In this document: piece by piece, positions 40,660 to 46,302 of the stretch | How the letters are laid out: every line of letters starts with the position of its first letter | How positions within the stretch are numbered: the first letter of the stretch is position 1 | Virus record (IMG/VR): IMGVR_UViG_3300045988_156245 | Direction: 5' to 3' (one strand) | DNA length: 64,000 nt | Source: a virus | Notes under the pieces: model-generated | Told to the model about the DNA's origin: nothing | Databases searched by the model: none | Seen by the model: only the letters and a program-made list of their open reading frames with translations | Position numbers and translations under genes: made by a program

Positions 40660-41057
40660 TGGTTTTAAGTGGAGCAAATGCCGCAATTTTTGTAGCAGAA
40701 CTAGAGAATCCTTATCCAACACCCCCAAGAATTACTGTTTCTTGGGAAAAAGCCACTGATGTACAAAAAGAAAAGCTAAATTGGTTTACGGTAAATGGGA
40801 AGAAGATGGCATTTGAAGCAATAAGTGAAACATATAGACAAGAAATAGAAAAAGAACATTTAGAAAAAGTTTATAATTTTTTATTAGAGTGTGATAGTGG
40901 AATATATGCTCTTGAATATTATAATAGAAATAAAGACAACTTTGAAAAATATGGGGCGGAAGTAAACTTGAATATTCCTATATGTAAATATGAAGAAGAC
41001 CATCAATGCAGATTTGACTGTCCTATTTTTGGGGTATGTGAAAAAAATCCGTGTTAA
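40659..41057 (+). CDS. hypothetical protein (132 aa)
   Basis: start set to the ATG overlapping the previous stop (taATGg) with gaaaggag RBS. Confidence 0.5.
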   Translation: MVLSGANAAIFVAELENPYPTPPRITVSWEKATDVQKEKLNWFTVNGKKMAFEAISETYRQEIEKEHLEKVYNFLLECDSGIYALEYYNRNKDNFEKYGAEVNLNIPICKYEEDHQCRFDCPIFGVCEKNPC

Positions 41058-41105
41058 GAATTTAAAAATACTTTTGAGCGTTTTCTGAATTTAAAAATAC
41101 TTTTG
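41058..41105. repeat. 19-bp direct repeat x2 upstream of promoter
   Basis: gaatttaaaaatacttttg at 41058-41076 and 41087-41105. Confidence 0.7.
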
Positions 41106-41114
41106 GAGAAAGTT

Positions 41115-41143
41115 TTGACGAGGCAATATCATTTTTCTAAAAT
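41115..41143 (+). promoter_or_regulatory. promoter without downstream ORF
   Basis: TTGACG-N17-TAAAAT. Confidence 0.45.
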
Positions 41144-41149
41144 CAAATA

Positions 41150-41312
41150 TTTTTTCTCCCGAAATACACCCCCCATCAATAGTTAAACAAGAGATAAAAG
41201 AATAAGATAAAATTTTTCTTTCAGTTTTCAAATGAGAAAAATATTTTTAGTACGTCTGCGTAGTCACAAAGATTTGCAGCGGTCGAGGTTGGATGGTCAT
41301 CCCCGCTCTTTT
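41150..41312 (+). ncRNA. candidate structured non-coding RNA
   Basis: about 160 nt downstream of the promoter, no RBS-led ORF; long-range pairing caagagataaaagaata (41188-41204) with tattctttatctcttg (41315-41330); GC-rich hairpin plus ctttttat at 41278-41314. Confidence 0.3.
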
Positions 41313-41462
41313 TATATTCTTTATCTCTTGATAGGTAAGATGATACCATAGAGACAGATAGTATAAGTGTTTGTAATTATATATAAATAATATGATATGA
41401 TAATAATGTTATCTATATACTGTTCAGAATAAAAGAACAAATGCTATATATAGCTATTGCGT

Positions 41463-41502
41463 CGGGCCGTGGACATTGTTCCTTGTTCCTGTCCACGGGC
41501 CG
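41463..41502 (+). other. conserved GTGGACA hairpin, copy 1
   Basis: stem ccgtggaca/tgtccacgg plus basal cgg/ccg, 14-nt loop ttgttccttgttcc. Confidence 0.7.
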
Positions 41503-41520
41503 TCTTTACCATAGGTAAAA

Positions 41521-41753
41521 TTGCACAAAAATTTTTGAATTGAAACGTTTTTATTTGTGCAATATGCACAATTCCCACAAAGAACATACGTTTGTCAATA
41601 GGCAAATTGCACAAAAATGTGGGGATAAAAACGTTTCAATCCTGTGCAATTTGTACAAATTGCACAAAACAGTTTTAGTGCAATTTTACCAACTTCCGGC
41701 ACTTTGCACAAAAAGTATCAAAAGCTTTAGAGTTATTTTTGTGCAATTTGCAC
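41521..41753. repeat. cluster of at least 8 TTGCACAAA / TTTGTGCAA boxes
   Basis: forward copies at 41521, 41607, 41659, 41704; reverse at 41554, 41644, 41738; variant ttgtacaaa at 41650. Confidence 0.75.
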
Positions 41754-41827
41754 TCTTGACAAAGCCAAAGGTTTGGTTCTAAGGCTAAGATTAAGCACTC
41801 AAGAGCAGAGCAATACACTACATCACA

Positions 41828-41856
41828 TTGACAAGAACCACAAGAAGTATTATAAT
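41828..41856 (+). promoter_or_regulatory. perfect consensus promoter
   Basis: TTGACA-N17-TATAAT. Confidence 0.65.
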
Positions 41857-41889
41857 AAAAGAAAAGGAATAGAGAGGAGTGACAACATT

Positions 41890-42114
41890 ATGATAACTTT
41901 ACAATTTACACTATTCAGTACAACAGGTAAATACAAACCAGTAACTACTTTAATAAAGGTTGATAGTGTGCAACAGTACAATGAGAATAAACATAAATAT
42001 CAACAAAGAGCAATCACTAAAATGTGTGCAGAAAAACATACTACTTGGTGGGCATTAAAGAGCAACGGTTTTACAAAATTAAAAGTAAGGGTTTATCCTA
42101 AAAATAATAGTTGA
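41890..42114 (+). CDS. hypothetical protein (74 aa)
   Basis: ATG after gagaggag RBS, downstream of the promoter at 41828. Confidence 0.55.
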   Translation: MITLQFTLFSTTGKYKPVTTLIKVDSVQQYNENKHKYQQRAITKMCAEKHTTWWALKSNGFTKLKVRVYPKNNS

Positions 42115-42139
42115 CAGTTTTAAAAATGTATGATAAAAT
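42111..42139 (+). promoter_or_regulatory. promoter
   Basis: TTGACA-N17-TAAAAT with TGn. Confidence 0.55.
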
Positions 42140-42176
42140 AAGGTATACTCAAAAAGGAAAGAGAGGTAATAAGGTT

Positions 42177-42491
42177 ATGAGTAGAACAAGACAGAATAGA
42201 AGAAGTAAGAGAGAAGAGTGTGTGATTAATGGGTGCATTTGTTTATTAATTGCTATTATATTGTATGGTTCAATGGGTGCTATTGATTACATTGAAACAC
42301 ATTACAACAGATTAGCAATAGTGACAGAATGTAAAGATGACAATATTATCACTAAAGACAAGCAAGGTAATCTATTCGCTTTTGAGGGCGATGGCTTTAA
42401 GGTAGGCGATGAAGTAGTGCTTGAAATGTATACTAATCATACAGACAATACAATCAAAGATGATGAAATTTTAAATGTAAAATTAAAATAG
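42177..42491 (+). CDS. membrane-anchored small protein (104 aa)
   Basis: basic N-terminus then TM CICLLIAIILYGSMGAI. Confidence 0.55.
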   Translation: MSRTRQNRRSKREECVINGCICLLIAIILYGSMGAIDYIETHYNRLAIVTECKDDNIITKDKQGNLFAFEGDGFKVGDEVVLEMYTNHTDNTIKDDEILNVKLK

Positions 42492-42494
42492 TAA

Positions 42495-42573
42495 AAAGTA
42501 AATGGCTACCTTTGTAGGGTACTACAAAGGTAGCACAATATTAAGAGAACAGACCAGAACGTCCGTTCGGGTC
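42495..42573 (-). ncRNA. candidate antisense small RNA a
   Basis: starts about 7 nt after the minus-strand promoter 42580-42609; GC-rich cggacccgaacggacguuc head; ends at the 13-bp hairpin 42505-42534 followed by uuuuu on the minus strand. Confidence 0.35.
42505..42534. terminator. 13-bp hairpin shared by the plus gene end and antisense RNA a
   Basis: gctacctttgtag/ctacaaaggtagc; the U-run is only on the minus strand. Confidence 0.55.
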
Positions 42574-42579
42574 CGAAAT

Positions 42580-42609
42580 ATTATACCACAAAGTATGTGG
42601 TGTTGTCAA
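42580..42609 (-). promoter_or_regulatory. antisense consensus promoter a
   Basis: reverse complement TTGACA-acaccacatactttgtgg-TATAAT (N18, TGn). Confidence 0.6.
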
Positions 42610-42707
42610 GACTTTTTTTAAAATTTTTTTAAAAAATTTTAAAAATCCTGAAATAAAACTGGTTAAAAAACATCAAGGATTTTAATAAAAGAGGTTAAAA
42701 AACATCA

Positions 42708-42735
42708 TTGAATTGTTCTGTTATTTTGATATAAT
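42708..42735 (+). promoter_or_regulatory. promoter with conserved ATAAGATAAAG leader
   Basis: TTGAAT-N16-TGaTATAAT; leader acataagataaaggaaagg then hairpin 42760-42776. Confidence 0.55.
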
Positions 42736-42790
42736 GTATACATAAGATAAAGGAAAGGACAACATCAAAGATGTTGAAAGGTAAAGTAAA

Positions 42791-43006
42791 ATGAGATTTT
42801 TTGTACAAGACACAGAGGAATTTGAAAATAATGGAATTGAATACAAGAGTTTAGATAAAGCAATTGAAGCTTGTTTAGAAGCAAAAAATAAAGCTTATCT
42901 TATTCATATAGGTTATTGGAATTTAGATTATTATAAAAAAGGTGACACATTCGAAAGTCTAAAGGCTAGATGTGAAAACATCATAAAAGAAAATAATCTC
43001 AAGTAA
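42791..43006 (+). CDS. hypothetical protein (71 aa)
   Basis: ORF behind the conserved leader. Confidence 0.6.
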   Translation: MRFFVQDTEEFENNGIEYKSLDKAIEACLEAKNKAYLIHIGYWNLDYYKKGDTFESLKARCENIIKENNLK

Positions 43007-43057
43007 TTGAGATTATTTTCAAAAAAGACTTGATAAACTGTATAATTACTAAAATAA

Positions 43058-43147
43058 AGAAAAAAGGGGGGCAACCCCTTTTTATTATTTTAAAAGAAGG
43101 CGAACACCGTTCGAACAGGTGTTCACCCCGAATTCGCAAGGGCACCC
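43058..43147 (-). ncRNA. candidate antisense small RNA b
   Basis: minus-strand promoter 43154-43182; RNA contains the gaacacc/ggtgttc hairpin and ends at the aaaaagggg...ccccttttt hairpin with a U-run. Confidence 0.35.
43061..43086. terminator. bidirectional G/C hairpin with flanking A/T runs
   Basis: aaaaagggggg caa cccctttttatt. Confidence 0.6.
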
Positions 43148-43153
43148 CATTCA

Positions 43154-43182
43154 AGTATATCATATTTCAAAAAGTTTGTCAA
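43154..43182 (-). promoter_or_regulatory. antisense consensus promoter b
   Basis: reverse complement TTGACA-aactttttgaaatatga-TATACT (N17, TGn). Confidence 0.6.
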
Positions 43183-43352
43183 GACTTTTTTTGAAAAAAT
43201 CCTGAGAAAAATTGCACAAAAAAGATACTGAATTTTTGTTACTATTTGCTATTGATTTTAAAAGTCAATAGTAAATATTAACAAAAATTTTGCTGTAAAC
43301 TTTATCTGTTTTTGTGCAAATTGCTAAAGTTAAAAAACTTTTGTAAAAACTA

Positions 43353-43381
43353 TAGACAAAACCAAAAAAAAGCTGTATAAT
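43353..43381 (+). promoter_or_regulatory. promoter with conserved leader
   Basis: TAGACA-N17-TATAAT; leader acataagataaagaaaggg plus hairpin 43405-43422. Confidence 0.5.
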
Positions 43382-43437
43382 GTTTACATAAGATAAAGAA
43401 AGGGAGCGACCAAGGGGTCGCTGATAGGTAAAACAAA

Positions 43438-43713
43438 ATGATGAATCTTACAGAAAGAATTAAAAAAGTTGAAGAAATTAGCAGACAGTTACAAATAGCA
43501 TACCCACAATATAGTAATAAAGATATTGAATCATTTAATTTGAATTGTATAAAATCAATTGGAGATTTTGCTTTTATTGCTATTTTTGCTAATGTAGACT
43601 GTTATACAATAACTTTATATAACTCAATAGGGTTTAAAAAAATAGAAATAGAAAAAAATGATATTGATTTTCAATACCTTTATAAAATAATAGAAATATT
43701 TATGGAAAGATAA
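43438..43713 (+). CDS. hypothetical protein (91 aa)
   Basis: ORF behind the conserved leader. Confidence 0.6.
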   Translation: MMNLTERIKKVEEISRQLQIAYPQYSNKDIESFNLNCIKSIGDFAFIAIFANVDCYTITLYNSIGFKKIEIEKNDIDFQYLYKIIEIFMER

Positions 43714-43723
43714 AAAGAGGTAA

Positions 43724-43736
43724 GGGGGGGGGGGGG
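43724..43736 (+). repeat. G13 homopolymer tract
   Basis: 13 consecutive G immediately 5' of the ATG at 43737. Confidence 0.9.
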
Positions 43737-43774
43737 ATGAAAAGCCCCCACACAATAAAAAAGAGGTGTTTAAA

Positions 43775-43912
43775 ATGAAACAAAAATATTTTGAAATAGG
43801 TAACCGACTAACAACTGGCTTAGGACTTGAAAATAAAACAGTGATTAAATACTGGAAAGCATACGAAAAAAATAATTTTTTTGTCTGCTGGCTAATATCT
43901 AAAGTGGCATAA
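43775..43912 (+). CDS. small ORF (45 aa) coupled to a 13-codon leader ORF
   Basis: leader ORF 43737-43778 (MKSPHTIKKRCLK) ends in ATGA overlapping the ATG at 43775; aagaggtg RBS; terminator follows. Confidence 0.4.
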   Translation: MKQKYFEIGNRLTTGLGLENKTVIKYWKAYEKNNFFVCWLISKVA

Positions 43913-43964
43913 ATGCCACTTTTTATTTTTGTGCGTTCGGTCTACCCGAACGTACGTTCGGAGC
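43900..43964 (-). ncRNA. candidate antisense small RNA c
   Basis: minus-strand promoter 43971-43999; RNA begins ggcuccgaacguacguucggguagaccgaacgc with mutually exclusive CCGAAC/GUUCGG pairings. Confidence 0.3.
43903..43930 (+). terminator. rho-independent terminator
   Basis: agtggcat/atgccact stem followed by tttttattttt. Confidence 0.6.
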
Positions 43965-43970
43965 CGAAAA

Positions 43971-43999
43971 ATTATATCATATATGTGTCAAGTTGTCAA
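43971..43999 (-). promoter_or_regulatory. antisense consensus promoter c
   Basis: reverse complement TTGACA-acttgacacatatatga-TATAAT (N17, TGn). Confidence 0.6.
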
Positions 44000-44056
44000 G
44001 AGAAAAAAATGAAATTTTTTCAATTAAATAATTTTATCCCAAAATTAAAAAGGTGC

Positions 44057-44085
44057 TTGACTATTCGGTTATTATACTGTATAAT
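44057..44085 (+). promoter_or_regulatory. promoter
   Basis: TTGACT-N17-TATAAT. Confidence 0.6.
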
Positions 44086-44121
44086 TGTATACAGATAGAG
44101 AGATATAGGAGGCTTAATAAT

Positions 44122-44430
44122 ATGATTAATATTAGAACAATTAAAAAGTTACAAAATAATGACGGATTAACATTAAAAGGTGGTAAGTGTATCACTTATA
44201 AATCAGGTTATCAGGTAGCAACAGAGGGAATCGAAACAACAAACCCTCAAGAGGCTATACAAGCCGTTAGGGCATACGGCGGGAATTGCGGTGTATGGTT
44301 TGAAAATGGTATCTATTATATAGATAAAAGCCACAGAGTAACCACAAAAAAAGACGCTTTACAGTTAGGGAGAGAAAAAAATCAAATAAGCATTTTACAA
44401 TGGCGAACAATGAAATTAATATATTGTTAA
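44122..44430 (+). CDS. hypothetical protein (102 aa)
   Basis: ATG after the aggagg RBS. Confidence 0.6.
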   Translation: MINIRTIKKLQNNDGLTLKGGKCITYKSGYQVATEGIETTNPQEAIQAVRAYGGNCGVWFENGIYYIDKSHRVTTKKDALQLGREKNQISILQWRTMKLIYC

Positions 44431-44448
44431 AAAGGGGAAACCCTTTTT
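44429..44448 (+). terminator. short terminator hairpin
   Basis: aaaaagggg aaa cccttttt. Confidence 0.45.
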
Positions 44449-44460
44449 AACTTTTTGTTG

Positions 44461-44740
44461 TGACTAACAGAAGTTAGTCTTGACTAACTGTTATTAGTAT
44501 TATCTAACTATAGTTAGTTTAGTCTAATTTTAATTAGTGATGTCTAACTATGGTTAGTCTAGACTAACTGAAGTTAGAAGTGTCAAACTTTAGTTACTAT
44601 AGGCTAACTTTGATTGGTTGTTTGAAACTCAGGTTAGTATAGGCTAACCGCAGTTAAGTGTTTGAAACTCTTGTTAGGTGTAACTAACCAGAGTTAGTAT
44701 AGGCTAACTCAAATTAGTTATTTGAAACTCTTGTTTTATT
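44461..44740. repeat. array 1: 14 phased 20-bp units with CTAAC-N4-GTTAG palindromes
   Basis: exact 20-bp register from 44461; arms conserved, centres and spacers variable; 40-bp super-period in the right half. Confidence 0.9.
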
Positions 44741-44743
44741 AAG

Positions 44744-44783
44744 CGGACCGTGGACATTGGACCTTATTTTTGTCCACGGTCCG
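44744..44783 (+). other. conserved GTGGACA hairpin, copy 2
   Basis: 13-bp stem cggaccgtggaca/tgtccacggtccg, 14-nt loop ttggaccttatttt. Confidence 0.75.
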
Positions 44784-44793
44784 TCTGGTCCAG

Positions 44794-44814
44794 CCGAACA
44801 TACGTTCGGGTTTT
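44794..44814 (+). terminator. CCGAAC-atac-GTTCGG terminator
   Basis: 6-bp GC-rich stem plus tttt; identical copy at 49289-49309. Confidence 0.6.
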
Positions 44815-44998
44815 AAACTGATTAAAAAACATCAAGTTGATTGATGTTTTTTATCCCATAAAATAAATCAAGTTAGTTGATGTTTTTTAATCAGTAAAAT
44901 ATATCAAATTCCTTGATATATTTTAATTTGAAATATTTTTATTTATTTTTGTGCAAATTGTACAAAAATTCAATGTAAATTTTGTGCAATATTCCCCC

Positions 44999-45027
44999 TT
45001 GCAATTATACACCGTAGGGTGTATAAT
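44999..45027 (+). promoter_or_regulatory. promoter with conserved leader
   Basis: TTGCAA-N17-TATAAT; leader acataagataaagaaagg plus hairpin 45052-45068. Confidence 0.55.
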
Positions 45028-45083
45028 GTATACATAAGATAAAGAAAGGAACACCCCACAAGGGGGTGGAAAGGTAAAACATT

Positions 45084-45368
45084 ATGAACAAAAATTATTC
45101 AATTGAAAAAGACAATCCATATTACAGGGAGATAGTCTGCCTTGAGATAATAGGCGAGCATATCGACGAATCCGACAAGTGTTTCTTATGTTATCAGAGA
45201 AAAGTATGGGAAGAAGTTGAGGATGGAGAAATAGAACATATGGGATTTGAACCTATTTGTTCATTAGATGAACCAATACCTAACAAAAATATTCCAACCC
45301 TCACTGTTAGTAGTAGTGAAATTGAGGATATTGAAGAAAATGATAAATATGTATGGGTAGCAAAATAA
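45084..45368 (+). CDS. hypothetical acidic protein (94 aa)
   Basis: ORF behind the conserved leader. Confidence 0.6.
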   Translation: MNKNYSIEKDNPYYREIVCLEIIGEHIDESDKCFLCYQRKVWEEVEDGEIEHMGFEPICSLDEPIPNKNIPTLTVSSSEIEDIEENDKYVWVAK

Positions 45369-45419
45369 TAAAATAAAGATAAAATCCTAGCCCTATATGG
45401 GCTAGGTAGGAGGTTTAAT

Positions 45420-45674
45420 ATGAGAACAATTACAGTTGAAAAAATAGAAGTAATAAGTTGTGTAATCGCAGTCAGTGCAAATGATAATATATATGAAGCT
45501 TGGCTTGAAGTGTTTGGTATGATTAAAGATTTTGAAACAATAGTCAATAATACAGATATATGCGAAAAACTTATAGAGATTATTAATAAGGGACTTGCAA
45601 CTGATGACTTTTTCAAAGAAGAATTATTTGAAACTTTGAGAAAAATGGGCGAAAATATTGAAAATTGGTTATAA
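45420..45674 (+). CDS. hypothetical protein (84 aa)
   Basis: aggagg RBS; preceded by the intercistronic hairpin 45386-45406. Confidence 0.6.
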   Translation: MRTITVEKIEVISCVIAVSANDNIYEAWLEVFGMIKDFETIVNNTDICEKLIEIINKGLATDDFFKEELFETLRKMGENIENWL

Positions 45675-45724
45675 AATAAAATCCTGCCCCTTGAAAAAGG
45701 GGTGGGTAGAAAAGAGGTTTTAAT

Positions 45725-46183
45725 ATGAAAGTTATAGTTTTTGATATGGACGGTACAATAGCAGACTTATATGGCTATCCAAATTGGCTAAAAGCATTAA
45801 GAAATGAGGATGAAACACCATATTCAGGTTGTAAGCCTTTGGTTGATATGCGTGAGTTATATAAAGTTTTAATGGCTTTAAAAAAAGTTGGCTATAGGAT
45901 AGTTGTAACAAGTTGGCTATCAAAAGATAGTTCAAAAGAATATAAAAGTAAAGTCAGAAAAGCAAAAAAAGATTGGCTAATAACAAGAGGTTTTCCTTAT
46001 GATGAAGTTCATTTAGTACAATATGGTACAACAAAAGCCGATTGCACTAGAAAATTAGGTGGGTTTCAGATTTTAGTTGATGATGATGAAAAGGTCTTAA
46101 AAGGTTGGCATTTAGGTGCGACTATCAACGCAAAAAGTGATATTATAAAAGCACTTTATAGGCTTTTAGAATCTGAATATTAG
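45725..46183 (+). CDS. HAD-superfamily hydrolase, 5'(3')-deoxyribonucleotidase-like
   Basis: 152 aa; motif I VFDMDGTIAD (DxDxT), VVTSW motif II-like, ILVDDD motif IV-like. Confidence 0.6.
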   Translation: MKVIVFDMDGTIADLYGYPNWLKALRNEDETPYSGCKPLVDMRELYKVLMALKKVGYRIVVTSWLSKDSSKEYKSKVRKAKKDWLITRGFPYDEVHLVQYGTTKADCTRKLGGFQILVDDDEKVLKGWHLGATINAKSDIIKALYRLLESEY

Positions 46184-46240
46184 AATGATAAATACCCCTA
46201 TACGGCATTGAAAAATAAGTAAATGAAATGCTGTATAGGG

Positions 46241-46270
46241 TTGACAAAATAAAAAAAATTATTATATAAT
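46241..46270 (+). promoter_or_regulatory. promoter with conserved leader
   Basis: TTGACA-N18-TATAAT, then gtataagataaagaaagagg. Confidence 0.55.
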
Positions 46271-46302
46271 ATATGTATAAGATAAAGAAAGAGGTATTAG
46301 AT

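Noticed and set aside
41188-41331. Retron msr/msd locus
   Set aside because: Flanking inverted repeats and a structured core are present, but no reverse transcriptase ORF exists anywhere in the window and no conserved branching-G context could be identified.
41540-41782. 80-aa plus-strand ORF
   Set aside because: It is composed entirely of TTGCACAAA/TTTGTGCAA boxes, has no RBS, and lies upstream of a perfect promoter for the real 74-aa gene at 41890.
44461-44740. CRISPR array or solitary-repeat (RNA anti-CRISPR-like) interpretation of the CTAAC arrays (also 49386-49640)
   Set aside because: The period is only 20 bp with 6-nt spacers, and the conserved part is a 14-bp dyad rather than a 24-40-nt repeat. 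There are no spacer-sized unique segments, no leader and no cas genes. I could not match the unit to any CRISPR repeat I know. The RNA-decoy idea is kept only as a minor alternative.
44461-44740. Type III toxin-antitoxin (ToxI-like) antitoxin repeat array
   Set aside because: The 40-bp super-repeat followed by a terminator is superficially similar. However, no ToxN-like endoribonuclease gene follows; the next gene has its own promoter and is a 94-aa acidic protein. The repeats are also too degenerate outside the dyad arms.
45194-45616. 140-aa minus-strand ORF (and 54327-54749, 46317-46544, 45732-45935, 52098-52283, 53075-53371, 56653-56898, 43913-44098)
   Set aside because: They overlap better-supported genes with promoters and RBS on the other strand, or they cross terminators and promoters. 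Their Ser/Ile/Leu-rich low-complexity translations are typical of antisense frames in AT-rich DNA.
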